A stretch of 64,000 nucleotides of DNA from an uncultured Heliobacteriaceae bacterium (GCA_964631865.1 CAZWAK010000020.1:3587-67586), one strand, 5' to 3'. Counted from the first letter of the stretch, positions 27,962 through 38,701 are shown. The notes: a model not told the origin generated them from the sequence alone. Translations and numbers: made by a program.

Positions 27962-29461
27962 ATGAGCGATTCCCTGGCGATCCCTGAGTTTCAACAGATT
28001 CGTGACGCGCTGGACATCCCGCGTGCGTTTGACGCGGCGGTTTTGCGAGAAGCGGAAGCGGCGGTGCAACACGATCTTTCCGCGCTTCCGAATCGGCAAG
28101 AGATTCCGTTCGTCACGATTGATCCCCCGACGAGCCGCGATTTGGATCAGGCGTTTTTTGCCGCGCGGCAAGGCGTTGGATACGAGGTCAAATACGCGAT
28201 TGCGGACGTCGGTTTCTTCGTCGCACGCGGCAGCGCGTTGGAGCAGGAGGCGTGGCGACGCGGCTTGACGATGTACAGTCCCGATTTGAAAACGCCGTTG
28301 TATCCGCCGCAGTTGAGCGAAGGAGCCGCGAGTTTATTGCCCGATGTCGCACGTCCCGCTATCGTGTTTTCGTTTGCACTCGACGCGCGCGCCGAAGTGG
28401 AATCTTGCACGCTCGAACGCGCGGTGATTCGCAGCCGCGCGAAACTGGCGTACCCGGAAGTCAGTTCGCATCTGGATTGCGAACGCCACACGCTCAACAG
28501 CGGCGCGCTCGCGGGTCACGAATGGTCAGGCGCATTAACCTTGCTCGAAGAAATTGGACGCCGCCGCGAAGAGCTTGAAGCCGAACGCGGCGGCGTTAGT
28601 TTGCGCATCCCCGCGCAACAGGTCGAGCGCTGGTCAACTGCACTGCACGGCTATCGCCTGGCGTTTGAAGAAGCCAGCACGGTTGAAGGATGGAATGCAC
28701 AAATCTCGTTGATGACCGGCATGGCGGCGGCGCAGTTGATGCTCGAACACGGCGTGGGATTGTTGCGGGCACTTGATCCGCCGCGCCCCGAACGGGTGCA
28801 GATGCTGCGGCTGACGGCGCGCGCGCTGCAAATCCCCTGGCCAACAGAAATCCGCTACGACGAATTTGTGCGCCGTCTTGATCCCAAACAGCCGCTGCAC
28901 GCCGTGCTGTTGCATCAAGCCGCGCGCGTCACGGGCGGCGCACGCTATGTTGCATTTGCAGGCGAAGCCACCGCGAGACATTCTGCGATTGCCTCTCCGT
29001 ACGCGCACACGACCGCGCCGCTGCGCCGCTTGGCGGATCGCTATGTGCTGGATTTGTTACTGGAATTGGCGAGCGGTCGTCACCCCGATCAAGCGATGAC
29101 CGAAACGTTGCAGCAGCTTCCGCCCGTGATGAGCGAAGCGGATCGTGTGTCGCGCCAACTGGAAAGTGCCATTGTAAATTTTGCCGAAGCGCGGTTGTTG
29201 CAGGATCGTGTGGGCGAAGTGTTCGCGGCGATGGTGATTGGCTTGCGGCAGGAAGGCGCGATTGTGCAAATCACGGAGCCGCCGATTCGGACGTTGATTC
29301 CGGCGGCAGTTTGGAGCGCGCCAGCAGAAGCAGCAAAACTGGCTGACGATGGCGCAACGCTTGTCCTCGCGGACACGCAAATTACTTTGGGGCAAACGTT
29401 GTCGCTCAGGCTTGAGGCCGCGAACACGAAGGCCAGAAGCCTGAGCTTTTCGCTCGCCTGA
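27962..29461 (+). CDS. RNB-domain ribonuclease (RNase II/R family)
   Basis: FVTIDPPTSRDLDQA, YAIADV, YAHTTAPLRRLADRY, C-terminal S1-like domain. Confidence 0.9.
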   Translation: MSDSLAIPEFQQIRDALDIPRAFDAAVLREAEAAVQHDLSALPNRQEIPFVTIDPPTSRDLDQAFFAARQGVGYEVKYAIADVGFFVARGSALEQEAWRRGLTMYSPDLKTPLYPPQLSEGAASLLPDVARPAIVFSFALDARAEVESCTLERAVIRSRAKLAYPEVSSHLDCERHTLNSGALAGHEWSGALTLLEEIGRRREELEAERGGVSLRIPAQQVERWSTALHGYRLAFEEASTVEGWNAQISLMTGMAAAQLMLEHGVGLLRALDPPRPERVQMLRLTARALQIPWPTEIRYDEFVRRLDPKQPLHAVLLHQAARVTGGARYVAFAGEATARHSAIASPYAHTTAPLRRLADRYVLDLLLELASGRHPDQAMTETLQQLPPVMSEADRVSRQLESAIVNFAEARLLQDRVGEVFAAMVIGLRQEGAIVQITEPPIRTLIPAAVWSAPAEAAKLADDGATLVLADTQITLGQTLSLRLEAANTKARSLSFSLA

Positions 29462-29464
29462 TGA

Positions 29465-31609
29465 TTACTTCTTTTCCGCTGCTTTCATCGCGGGCAAATA
29501 CATCCGCTCGGCATATTCCTTGACCATCCGCCGCGCGCTGAACGCGGGTGCGCCGTACTTGATCGCGGCTTTCATCACCTGCACCCAACCGCGCGGGACG
29601 CCGTCGGAATCGCGGTCGTAAAACAACGGCACGACTTCGCGTTCGAGCGTGGTGTAGAGCGATTCGGCATCGGCGGCATCGCGTTCTTCTTCGTTCATCT
29701 CAATCATTGGATCAGAACCGATCACCCAGCCGTTTGTGCCGTGATAGCCTTCGTACCACCAGCCGTCGCGCACACTGAAATTCGGCGCACCGTTCAGCGC
29801 GGCTTTCATCCCGCTCGTGCCGCTGGCTTCGAGCGGCGGACGCGGATTGTTCATCCACACGTCCACGCCGTGATACAGATGTTTGGCGACCAGGATGTCA
29901 TAATCTTCGACAAACGCGATGTGCCCGCCCATCCCGTAATCGCGCGCCATTTCGTAGATATTGTGAATCAGATTGCGCCCCGGCGCATCGTCCGGGTGCG
30001 CTTTGCCCGCGAAGACGATTTGCACGGGACGCCACGAATCTTGCAGGATTTTCTTCAGCCGCTCAATGTCGCGGAAGGCCAGCAACGCGCGTTTGTAGGT
30101 GGCAAAGCGGCGCGCGAAACCAATCGTCAACGCTTCGGGATCGAACAGCGTGCCCGACGCCAGCGCGTGCGTTGCGCCTGTGCCTTCGACCATCCATTTG
30201 CGGCGCGCGCGTTCGCGCATAAAGCCCATCAATTTGGCGCGCAGACGTTGATGCAAACTCCACAATTCTTCGTCCGGGATTTCGTCAATCCGTTCCCAAA
30301 ACTTCGGATCATCGTGCTGCCGCAGCCAATCCTGACCGAGGTGCTTGGAATACAAACGGCTCAACTCCGGCGCGAGCCACGTCGGCACGTGAACGCCGTT
30401 TGTGACGGAAGTGATCGGCACTTCGTCCGCCGTTTTTTCCGGCCACATCGGCTGCCACATTTTGCGCGAGACAACGCCGTTGAGTTGGCTGACGCCGTTG
30501 TATTGCCCCGTCAAACGCAAGGCGAGCGCGGTCATATTGAAATTTGTGCCGCCGCCGAAATGGTCGTTGTACGCCCCGAGCGCGAGGAAATTTTCGCGGT
30601 TGATGCCGAGTTGATCCCAGTAGCCCGCGAAGTGCTTTTCGATGAGGCTGAATTGAAACGTGTCGTGACCCGCCGGCACAGGCGTGTGCGTGGTGAAGAT
30701 GCTGGTCGCGCGCACTTGTTCGACCGCGTCGTCAAACGAAGTGCCAGCCTCGACCAATTCGCGAATCCGTTCGAGCAACAAAAACGCCGCGTGGCCTTCG
30801 TTCGCGTGATAGACGACGGGGTTCAACTGCAACGCGCGCAGCATCCGCACACCGCCGATGCCGAGCAGCATTTCCTGCATCAGGCGTGTTTCCCGATTGC
30901 CGCCGTACAAGCGCGAGGAGAGTTCCCGATCCCAGGGCTGATTTTCTTCGACGTCGGCGTTCATCAACACCAACGAACCCGATCCGAGTCGCACGCGCCA
31001 CACGGCCACGTAAATGTCGCGCCCGCCGAGAAAAAATTTGAGCGGCCCGCTCGTGTCTTTTGTGAAGACCGGTTCTAACGGCGCGGTCGAATAATCGAGT
31101 TGCAGGTAATGCGCTTCCTGCTGCCCGGCGGCAGAAATCTTTTGCTGAAAATAACCTTCGGGGTAGACGAAGCCGATGCCGACAAACGGCAAGCCGAGGT
31201 CGCTGGCTTCTTTGCTGTGATCGCCGGCCAAAATCCCTAAGCCACCCGAATAGATCGGCAGCGAATTGTGGACGCCGAATTCGGCCGAGAAATAGGCGAT
31301 GGTGCGATCTTTGAGGTGCGGATAGGTTTCGGGAAACCAATCGCCCTGGCTCGAAAGCTCGCGCTCGAACGACAACAGCACGCCATCGTAGCGGCGCAAA
31401 AAGGCGGGATCACTGGCGGCGGCGTCCAAGCGGGCGGGCGCGATTTGCCGCAGCAATTTCACCGGATTATTTTGCGTCAACGCCCAAAGCGTTTTGTCGA
31501 GATATTGAAACAGGGCGCTGGCATCGGGGTTCCAGCTCCACCACACGTTGTAAGCCAGTTCGCCTAACCGCCCAATGCGCGGGGGGAGTTTGAAATTTTG
31601 ATAACTCAT
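29465..31609 (-). CDS. glgP: Alpha-glucan (glycogen/starch) phosphorylase
   Basis: AYFSAEFG, YSGGLGILAGDH, NEGH, FTTHTPVPAG, FARRFATYKR, EASGTSGMKA (PLP lysine). Confidence 0.95.
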   Translation of the reverse strand: MSYQNFKLPPRIGRLGELAYNVWWSWNPDASALFQYLDKTLWALTQNNPVKLLRQIAPARLDAAASDPAFLRRYDGVLLSFERELSSQGDWFPETYPHLKDRTIAYFSAEFGVHNSLPIYSGGLGILAGDHSKEASDLGLPFVGIGFVYPEGYFQQKISAAGQQEAHYLQLDYSTAPLEPVFTKDTSGPLKFFLGGRDIYVAVWRVRLGSGSLVLMNADVEENQPWDRELSSRLYGGNRETRLMQEMLLGIGGVRMLRALQLNPVVYHANEGHAAFLLLERIRELVEAGTSFDDAVEQVRATSIFTTHTPVPAGHDTFQFSLIEKHFAGYWDQLGINRENFLALGAYNDHFGGGTNFNMTALALRLTGQYNGVSQLNGVVSRKMWQPMWPEKTADEVPITSVTNGVHVPTWLAPELSRLYSKHLGQDWLRQHDDPKFWERIDEIPDEELWSLHQRLRAKLMGFMRERARRKWMVEGTGATHALASGTLFDPEALTIGFARRFATYKRALLAFRDIERLKKILQDSWRPVQIVFAGKAHPDDAPGRNLIHNIYEMARDYGMGGHIAFVEDYDILVAKHLYHGVDVWMNNPRPPLEASGTSGMKAALNGAPNFSVRDGWWYEGYHGTNGWVIGSDPMIEMNEEERDAADAESLYTTLEREVVPLFYDRDSDGVPRGWVQVMKAAIKYGAPAFSARRMVKEYAERMYLPAMKAAEKK

Positions 31610-31665
31610 ACTTGGTTTTGTCTTTCCTGGATTGAGTAAAAACGCGCGGGCATAGTTGATGGGTG

Positions 31666-31709
31666 CATCAATCTTTCGTCAATCGGTCGTCAATCGGTCG
31701 TCAATGAGC
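31666..31709. promoter_or_regulatory. Four 11-bp direct repeats (core TCAAT) in the divergent glgP / DnaJ-TPR promoter region
   Basis: CATCAATCTTT CGTCAATCGGT CGTCAATCGGT CGTCAATGAGC. Confidence 0.55.
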
Positions 31710-32037
31710 GGAGAATGTACCGAACCACTTTGCAACCGTCAACCTTTTCCTTGCGATACGGAAAATCGCTACCAGCAATCGCATCTTTGTTGTAAACTCC
31801 CGGCTTCAGAGTTACGAAGTATCGCAGTACGCCTTGAGACAGGAACTCAAGCAGGCCCCCTAAGACGAGATTACCTTAGAAGCCATTTGAAAAGTTTTCG
31901 CAGCATGGGCAAACCTGCCCGTCCGCCGTTCCCCGCAACGGTCTTTCGCTCGCAACGAGCCGGGTTCTTCCGGCAGCGGCTGCGCGCGCGCCGCTCGTGC
32001 TGTATACATTTTCAATCGCTTCTCCACACGAGATTCG

Positions 32038-33783
32038 ATGTACATGACTTTGAAATTCTCACCAACAGGCGTCCTCACGACGACTCCGTTTGTTGAACTG
32101 GCAGGTGTAATTCATCGGCAACGATTGACTGGGAGTTTATATCTCAGCGACAGCCGCACGGAACGGCGGGCCGAACGGGTCGTTTATTTTTCGCACGGCG
32201 AAGTTTATGCCGCGGCCAGCAATCTGGCCGTAGATTCGGCGCTGGCACTCTTGCTGCGCGCGGGGCGGGTGACACAAGAACTGGCCTTGCGCATCCAAAA
32301 TGAGGTGTCCGCCGGACGTTCGTTCAGCGAGTTGTTAGTCAAATATGGGTGTGTCACGCGCGACGAGTTGAATCAATTGCGCATCGAGCACGTCAAATCC
32401 ATTTTTAATTCCCTGTGCGAATGGACGAACGGCGAGTATCGCTTCACCGAAGGCAGCCAAATCGCGGGCGGGCGGCTCGGCGTCAGCACAAAGGCTTTGC
32501 TGATTGAAGGGGCGCTGGTGTCTGCCGTGCCGCTGCGCTTCAGGGAACTCGTCGGCGATGGGCGCACGTGGGTGTCCGCCGATCAGTCCGCGACGCCCGA
32601 TTTGACGCTGCAACCGTTTGCGTATTTCCTGCTGAGTTGTTTGAGCCAACCGCGTAACCTCGTCGTCCTGACCGAAAGCGGCAGAATGGATGAGAGCGAT
32701 CAAGAGGTCTGGCAACAACTGTACGGTTTGGCGGCGGCAGGACTGGTAGATTTCACGACGGCTTTGAGTCCGGCAGAAAATCCGCTGCTGACTGGGGTCG
32801 AAACGCAAGATGCGCTGATCGCCAAAGCCAAAGCGCAACGACCGGCGGCTCCCCCTGTCCAGAAGTCGTCGGAACCTTGCACGGCGCTGGCGTTCCCGTT
32901 GCATGAAGACCCGGAAACGGCGAAGCGGCGACGGCTGGAGGCCATCAAACGCGATATCAAGCAAATGCGCCAAACGCTTTCGTCGTCCAATGACGATTAT
33001 GCGGTGCTGGGCTTGCAGGCGGGCGTGACGCCCTATCAGGTCAAACATGCCTATCGCAACCTCGTCAATCACTATCATCCCGACCGGCATCACGCGCATT
33101 GCGATCCGATCACGCTGGCGACGTTGAGCGATGTCTTGATGGCCATTCGCGCGGCGTACGAAACCGCCATCGAACATGCCCTGCTCGCGGAGATCATCAG
33201 CAATCACTCTCCGCGCTCTAAAGCGATGCGAAACTCCCAGCCGATGGCGACTGTGGCTCAGCCTCCGGCTCCGCCGCTCTCCTTTGAGCAACGACGAGCC
33301 GAGCGGAAAGCCGTCGAGACCATGCGCAACCAATCGCTGGCCGAACTCAAGCATCGCAAAGCGTTGTCGCACCAAACGCAGGGCGAATACGAAGCCGCCA
33401 TCCGGTTGTTGACCGATGCCGTCACGCTCGTGCCCGATTGCGCGCGTTATCACGGCGATCTCGCGGCGTTGCTGGAAAAAGTTCCCATGCGCCGTGAACA
33501 GGCCGAACACCATTTGTTACGCGCGACCGAGTTGGAACCGAGTAATTTGTATTATCATCTGCAACTCGGAACCTTTTATCGCGCCGCCGGGATGCTTTCG
33601 CGCGCCGAGCAGCAGTTCGTGCTGGCGCTCAAACTCGATCCCGTAGATCGCGCGGCGGCTTCGGCTCTGGAAGAAGTCGTCAGCTTGAAGAAAGCCCAGC
33701 TTGCCAACGCGCAGTACGGGCAAAAGCGCGCTCCCAAAGGACAAGGATTCTGGGCGCGACTTTTTAATCGGAGCGTGCAGTAA
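32038..33783 (+). CDS. DUF4388-like N-terminal domain + DnaJ (J) domain + TPR protein
   Basis: N-terminal TGSLYL...VYFSHGEVYAA...WTNGEYRF. J domain DDYAVLGL...YRNLVNHYHPDR. C-terminal TPRs. Confidence 0.85.
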   Translation: MYMTLKFSPTGVLTTTPFVELAGVIHRQRLTGSLYLSDSRTERRAERVVYFSHGEVYAAASNLAVDSALALLLRAGRVTQELALRIQNEVSAGRSFSELLVKYGCVTRDELNQLRIEHVKSIFNSLCEWTNGEYRFTEGSQIAGGRLGVSTKALLIEGALVSAVPLRFRELVGDGRTWVSADQSATPDLTLQPFAYFLLSCLSQPRNLVVLTESGRMDESDQEVWQQLYGLAAAGLVDFTTALSPAENPLLTGVETQDALIAKAKAQRPAAPPVQKSSEPCTALAFPLHEDPETAKRRRLEAIKRDIKQMRQTLSSSNDDYAVLGLQAGVTPYQVKHAYRNLVNHYHPDRHHAHCDPITLATLSDVLMAIRAAYETAIEHALLAEIISNHSPRSKAMRNSQPMATVAQPPAPPLSFEQRRAERKAVETMRNQSLAELKHRKALSHQTQGEYEAAIRLLTDAVTLVPDCARYHGDLAALLEKVPMRREQAEHHLLRATELEPSNLYYHLQLGTFYRAAGMLSRAEQQFVLALKLDPVDRAAASALEEVVSLKKAQLANAQYGQKRAPKGQGFWARLFNRSVQ

Positions 33784-33806
33784 CGCGATTTGGCAAATCG
33801 CGCTAC
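33780..33806 (-). repeat. Single GTAG-type REP element
   Basis: Reverse complement GTAG-CGCGATTTG-C-CAAATCGCG-TTAC, the same palindrome as the 55222 array. Overlaps the stop codon at 33781-33783. Confidence 0.75.
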
Positions 33807-33831
33807 CTTTTCTGAGGAGAACCAAAGTTTC

Positions 33832-34443
33832 ATGCAAGGTCAGCGCATTCTTACCGCTGAAGTCAACGCCGAACAAATTGCCCGCCAGGTAGTCGAAGCG
33901 CAATTGACGGAACTGGCCGCCGAAATAGATCAAGTCGAAGGCTACACAAATCCGCACGGCACGTTTTTGGCCCGGATGGCGGAAGTTCTGGGCGCGCATT
34001 TCGGTCTGCGCGAGGGCGATTTGCTGGCGCTCAAACACGCCGCGCTGGCCCACGATTTAGGCGAGCGCGTGATGAAGCGCGAATATTTTGCGCGGCGCGG
34101 CGAATTGACCTGGGACGAACGGTTCGATTTGTGGCGGCATCCGATTTTAGGCGAACAGGCCGCCGCGCAACGCGAATTGCCACGCCAGTCGCAACTGCTG
34201 ATCCGCTGGCATCACGAATGGTGGAACGGACGCGGCTACCCCGACAATTTGGCGGGCGAGGCGATTCCGCTCGGCGCGCGGATTCTGCGCGTCGTGGATA
34301 CCTATAGTGCCTTAATCTCAGATCGTCCGCACCGCGAATCGTTTGACGAAGCGGTGGCCAAACAGATCATCGCGGACAGTGCCGGGATTGAGTTCGATCC
34401 GCGCGTGACAAAAGCGTTTCTCGAACTCGCCGCGAAACAATGA
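33832..34443 (+). CDS. Stand-alone HD-GYP domain protein
   Basis: [42 protein letters not shown] before ATG 33832; the ORF-track start lies inside the REP. Confidence 0.85.
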   Translation: MQGQRILTAEVNAEQIARQVVEAQLTELAAEIDQVEGYTNPHGTFLARMAEVLGAHFGLREGDLLALKHAALAHDLGERVMKREYFARRGELTWDERFDLWRHPILGEQAAAQRELPRQSQLLIRWHHEWWNGRGYPDNLAGEAIPLGARILRVVDTYSALISDRPHRESFDEAVAKQIIADSAGIEFDPRVTKAFLELAAKQ

Positions 34444-34474
34444 ACTCCCCCATGAACGCCCAACGATACTCGCT

Positions 34475-35386
34475 ATGAAAAATCGCCGCTGGCTGGGCTA
34501 CGAGCTAAGCGTACTCCGCCGCATCAAGTTCAATTCGATTGCCATTCCCTTCTCCGGTCAGCCCGATCTGGATTGGTATCTCAAGTTTTGGGGCAAACAG
34601 ATTTTCAGCAACGACCTGTGCCAATGGGCGTGGTGGACGTCGCGCGCGCTGGTCGAAAACCAGCAGGAATCCCTGGGCGAAGAGGAAGTCGCACAAATTT
34701 TGCACAACGCCTACGTGCCGCGCCGCCGCCTCAACAATCCCGCGCTGGCGCAAACGATGAGCGAGATGGATGCCTGGTGGTTCGACAACGTCTGGCTCAA
34801 CATTCAGCAAATCGAAAACCCGCATCAACGCGCGCTGGCCTATTATCACGCGCTCGGCGTGGGCGATTACGTGCATTCGTTTACGCCCGAAACGGCAGAG
34901 TTGCGGCGTCCGCTCTCGGAAGTCTTTGAAGACCTCTGGCGCAGTCAGCGCAAAGTGCAAAACAACGAAAAGGAAAATCGCAGTTCCAATCTCGAAGCGA
35001 ATGAATTCATCGGCACCGCCCGCACCGATTTGATGTTCGCGCATTTTCCCCACCCGGACGGCTTAGTCGCACAAACGCATTCGGCGATTGGCTGGCGTGA
35101 GACGTGGGTGCGCGGTTCGGCCAGCGGCTTTGCCGAATTGCTGGCGCGGCTCAACGGGCTGGGCGATTACATCGCTTCCAAAGGGCGGTATCTGGATCTG
35201 GTCAGCAAATTCCTCGAAAACGCCAAACATATTCCCAAATGGGCCATCGCGCACCCGGAAGACGGCTTCATCACCGCGGCGGAGATGGGCGAATTGATTA
35301 AGACCTTCCGCCCCGTCGAAGTCACCTACGCGAAAGATTTCTCCGAAATCAGCGGCGGACTGAACACGTACATCATTGTGGCTTGA
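34475..35386 (+). CDS. DNA adenine methyltransferase-fold protein with degenerate catalytic motif
   Basis: PFSG (motif I-like), IFSNDL, WFDN.W..I, and SNLEANEF...DLMFAHFPH where DPPY is expected. Confidence 0.55.
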   Translation: MKNRRWLGYELSVLRRIKFNSIAIPFSGQPDLDWYLKFWGKQIFSNDLCQWAWWTSRALVENQQESLGEEEVAQILHNAYVPRRRLNNPALAQTMSEMDAWWFDNVWLNIQQIENPHQRALAYYHALGVGDYVHSFTPETAELRRPLSEVFEDLWRSQRKVQNNEKENRSSNLEANEFIGTARTDLMFAHFPHPDGLVAQTHSAIGWRETWVRGSASGFAELLARLNGLGDYIASKGRYLDLVSKFLENAKHIPKWAIAHPEDGFITAAEMGELIKTFRPVEVTYAKDFSEISGGLNTYIIVA

Positions 35387-35418
35387 GTTGAGTGTTTTCG
35401 ATTTTAGCTGACAGGCAA

Positions 35419-35450
35419 AATCTCAAATTTCAAATTTCAAATCTCAAATC
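35419..35450. repeat. Heptamer tandem array (AATYTCA x4.5), same family as 23820
   Basis: AATCTCA AATTTCA AATTTCA AATCTCA AATC, 3 nt before ATG 35454. Confidence 0.85.
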
Positions 35451-35453
35451 TTC

Positions 35454-36302
35454 ATGAGCTTGCACGAAGACAATCAGCGCTTGCGCGAAGAACGCGATTT
35501 GTTGCGGCGGCGCTTGGCTGAATTGGAAGAAGGCTTCGCACACAGCAACAGGGAAGTCTTCGCGATGAACGAGGCGCTGGTGCAGATGAATGCGCGACTC
35601 AGCGAATTGGATCGCATGAAAGACACGTTTCTTTCGATGATCACGCACGAACTGCGCACGCCGATGACCGCGATGATCGGCCTCGCCGAAAACCTCGAAG
35701 CCGGTGTCTACGGCCCGCTCAACGAAACCCAAACCGAGACGCTGCACAAGATCATCGAAAGCGGCGGACGGCTGCGCCAACTCGTCAACGATTTGCTCGA
35801 CCTCTCCAAAATGGAAGCCGGTGCGATGCGCTTGCAACGCGAACCGCTTGATCCGCGCACGCTGGTCGAAGCCGTGATTTATCAATTGGAATCACTCGCC
35901 GAAGCAGGCGGCGTGAAGCTCGTCAATCGCGTCGGCTACGATCTGCCCGAAGTGGATTGCGACGGGCAACGCATCGAACAGGTGTTGACGAACCTCATCA
36001 GCAACGCGCTGAAATTTACGCCGCCGGATGGGAGCGTGACGATTTCTGCGGCGACGCAAAATGATTTTGTCGTCTTCACAGTCACGGACACCGGTTGCGG
36101 CATTCCGCCCGAATCGCAGGCACACATCTTCGACAAATTCATTCAGCTTCATCCGAACCGCGATGATCGCACGAAAGGCACAGGGCTTGGGTTGGCCATT
36201 GTGCGGCATTTGGTGGAACTGCACGGCGGCAGCGTGAGCGTCGAAAGCGAAGTCGGGCAGGGCAGCCGTTTTTCCTTCCGCCTGCCAATTTCGCAACAAT
36301 GA
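35454..36302 (+). CDS. Cytoplasmic histidine kinase (coiled coil + HisKA + HATPase_c)
   Basis: H-box [10 protein letters not shown]-box [11 protein letters not shown]1 DTGCGI, F-box IFDKF, G2 GTGLGLAI. No TM or sensor domain. Confidence 0.92.
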   Translation: MSLHEDNQRLREERDLLRRRLAELEEGFAHSNREVFAMNEALVQMNARLSELDRMKDTFLSMITHELRTPMTAMIGLAENLEAGVYGPLNETQTETLHKIIESGGRLRQLVNDLLDLSKMEAGAMRLQREPLDPRTLVEAVIYQLESLAEAGGVKLVNRVGYDLPEVDCDGQRIEQVLTNLISNALKFTPPDGSVTISAATQNDFVVFTVTDTGCGIPPESQAHIFDKFIQLHPNRDDRTKGTGLGLAIVRHLVELHGGSVSVESEVGQGSRFSFRLPISQQ

Positions 36303-36398
36303 ACGCGCCGCGAAGGCCGTCATTTGCAAACTCGTTTCCTCGCTATTATCATCCCGGTTTCATTTCTGACCGTTATTTAAGGCAACAAAAGGAAACTC

Positions 36399-37799
36399 AT
36401 GGCAGAGACTTACGACGTTACAATCATCGGCGCGGGGCCGGGCGGTTATACGGCAGCAATCCGCGCGGCACAAGTGGGCTTGAAAACCGCGATTATCGAA
36501 CGCGACTCGCGGCTCGGCGGCACGTGCGGATTGCGCGGTTGCATTCCGACCAAAGAGTATTTGCACTCCGCGCATCTCGCCGACACGATGACGCACGCGG
36601 CGGAATTCGGGATTGAAGTGCCGGAGTACAAAATCAATTTCGAGAGCGTCTACCAACGCAAAAACAAAATCGTAGATCAGCTTGCCAAAGGCGTCGCGTT
36701 CCTGATGAAGAAGAACAAAATCACCGTCTTCACCGGACAAGGCAAGCTCGAAGGCAAAGGCAAAGTTTCTGTCACTGATGCGAACGGCAAAGTCGAAACG
36801 ATTGACACGAAGAACGTCATCATTGCGACGGGTTCTGCGCCGCGTTTGTTGCCCGGCTTGGAAGTGAACGCGCCGCGCGTCGTGACGAGTGATGAATTGC
36901 TCGAACTGCGCCATATCCCAAAATCTATGGTCGTGCTGGGCGCAGGCGCAGTCGGCGTCGAATTCGCTTCGGTGTTCGCGCATTTCGGTAGCGCCGTCAC
37001 GATTATTGAATTACTGCCGCGCATCGTGCCGATTGAAGACGAAGACATTTCCAAAGAACTCACGCGCGTTTTCAAGAAACGCAAGATCAACGTGCTGACC
37101 GACACGCGGTTTCAATCCGCGAAAGTCAACCAAGACGATGTCGAACTCACCTACGTGGACAGCAAAGGTAAGGAAGGCAAAATCACTTGCGAAACGTTGC
37201 TGGTTGCGACGGGACGCCGCGCCGTCACCGATGGCTTAGGCGTCGAAAGCACGAAGATTGAAATGGAGCGCGGCTACATCAAGGTAGATGAGTTGATGCG
37301 CACCGCTGAGCCGAACCTCTACGCGATTGGCGATGTGATTCCGACGCCGTGGCTTGCGCACGTCGCGGCAAAAGAAGGCTGCGTTGCTGCTGAACATATC
37401 GCGGGCAAAAATCCGCGCCCGGTCAATTACAACCTCGTCCCAAATTGCACCTACTGCCATCCCGAAATCGGCAGCGTCGGTTTGACCGAAGCGAAAGCCA
37501 AAGAAAAAGGCTACGAAGTCAAGGTCGGCAAATTCCCGTTCACGGCGCTCGGCAAAGCCAAAATTCTGGGCGAGACAGATGGCTTCGTGAAAGTGGTTGC
37601 GGATGCGAAATACGACGAAGTGCTCGGCGTTCACATCATCGGCCCGCACGCGACCGATTTGCTCGCGGAAGCCTGCGTCGCGATGGGCTTGGAAGCGACC
37701 GCCGAAGAACTCGGTCACATTATGCACGCGCATCCGACGCTGTCTGAATCGCTGATGGAAGCCGCCGAAGACGTGCATAAAATGGCGATCAATATGTAA
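36399..37799 (+). CDS. lpdA: Dihydrolipoamide dehydrogenase (E3)
   Basis: GAGPGGY, GGTCGLRGCIPTK redox disulfide, ATGS, GAGAVGVE, HAHPTLSE. Confidence 0.96.
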   Translation: MAETYDVTIIGAGPGGYTAAIRAAQVGLKTAIIERDSRLGGTCGLRGCIPTKEYLHSAHLADTMTHAAEFGIEVPEYKINFESVYQRKNKIVDQLAKGVAFLMKKNKITVFTGQGKLEGKGKVSVTDANGKVETIDTKNVIIATGSAPRLLPGLEVNAPRVVTSDELLELRHIPKSMVVLGAGAVGVEFASVFAHFGSAVTIIELLPRIVPIEDEDISKELTRVFKKRKINVLTDTRFQSAKVNQDDVELTYVDSKGKEGKITCETLLVATGRRAVTDGLGVESTKIEMERGYIKVDELMRTAEPNLYAIGDVIPTPWLAHVAAKEGCVAAEHIAGKNPRPVNYNLVPNCTYCHPEIGSVGLTEAKAKEKGYEVKVGKFPFTALGKAKILGETDGFVKVVADAKYDEVLGVHIIGPHATDLLAEACVAMGLEATAEELGHIMHAHPTLSESLMEAAEDVHKMAINM

Positions 37800-37817
37800 A
37801 TTACCCTAAGTGAGGCT

Positions 37818-38687
37818 ATGCAAATCTTTGATCAGACAATCCAAGGAGTTCTCAGTCAAAAGCTGGATGAATTGGAGGCAAACTTTGGGTCAGACGTGAT
37901 TTTTTACTTTGGGGAAATCCATCCGTATTTTGAGAAATCCTTCCGGGACTTCATTGAAGATTTGAAAGCCGAGCAGCCCCATCAAAAGCGGCTGACCGTT
38001 ATTCTTAATACTCCCGGTGGAAGCGTGGAAACCGTCGAAAAAATGGTGGAGATCATCCGCTTCCATTACTCAGAGGTGTATTTCGTTGTCCCTGATTTTG
38101 CGATGTCGGCAGGAACGGTTCTTTGCATGTCTGGGAACAAAATCTTCATGGATTACTCCTCATCCTTAGGGCCAATTGACCCCCAGGTTTTCAATGGCAA
38201 AGAGTATGTTCCCGCTCTGGGGTATTTAGATCAGGTTGAGCGGTTATTGCAAAAAGCACAGAATGGAACGATTACTCAGGCCGAGTTCTTGATTTTACAG
38301 AATCAAGATTTGGCAATGCTCAGCCGCTATGAGCAAGCCCGCAATCTAACCATCACTTTGCTGAAAAAATGGTTGGTTGAATACAAATTCAGCGATTGGG
38401 TTGCCCACCAAACAACGCCGAGTAAACTAGGGCAACCTGTCACGCTGGAGGAAAAAGAAGAACGAGCCGAAGAGATTGCCAGGCTTTTGGGCGATAACAA
38501 AATCTGGCACTCGCACGGAAGAATGATTAGCGCCATTACCTTGCGCAAGGTTCTCAAATTACAAATTGAAGATTACTCAGATAATCTCGTCCTCAGAAAT
38601 TTGATTCGGTCGTATAATGACCTTCTGATTGAGTACATCAATCGGAGCGGCCTCAAATTCTTCTTGCACAACAGAAAATATTTTTAA
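37818..38687 (+). CDS. Clp-fold serine protease (SDH_sah/SppA-like)
   Basis: LNTPGGSVETVE, AMSAGT (catalytic Ser), SSLGPIDPQ, WHSHGRMIS. Visibly AT-rich. Confidence 0.82.
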   Translation: MQIFDQTIQGVLSQKLDELEANFGSDVIFYFGEIHPYFEKSFRDFIEDLKAEQPHQKRLTVILNTPGGSVETVEKMVEIIRFHYSEVYFVVPDFAMSAGTVLCMSGNKIFMDYSSSLGPIDPQVFNGKEYVPALGYLDQVERLLQKAQNGTITQAEFLILQNQDLAMLSRYEQARNLTITLLKKWLVEYKFSDWVAHQTTPSKLGQPVTLEEKEERAEEIARLLGDNKIWHSHGRMISAITLRKVLKLQIEDYSDNLVLRNLIRSYNDLLIEYINRSGLKFFLHNRKYF

Positions 38688-38701
38688 GCGAAAGGGCAAA
38701 T

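Noticed and set aside
31656-31671. FNR box
   Set aside because: Spacing is TTGAT-N6-ATCAA rather than N4. Retained only as part of the 11-bp repeat observation.
34475-35386. Active restriction-modification system
   Set aside because: No DPPY/NPPY motif and no cognate endonuclease or specificity gene nearby.
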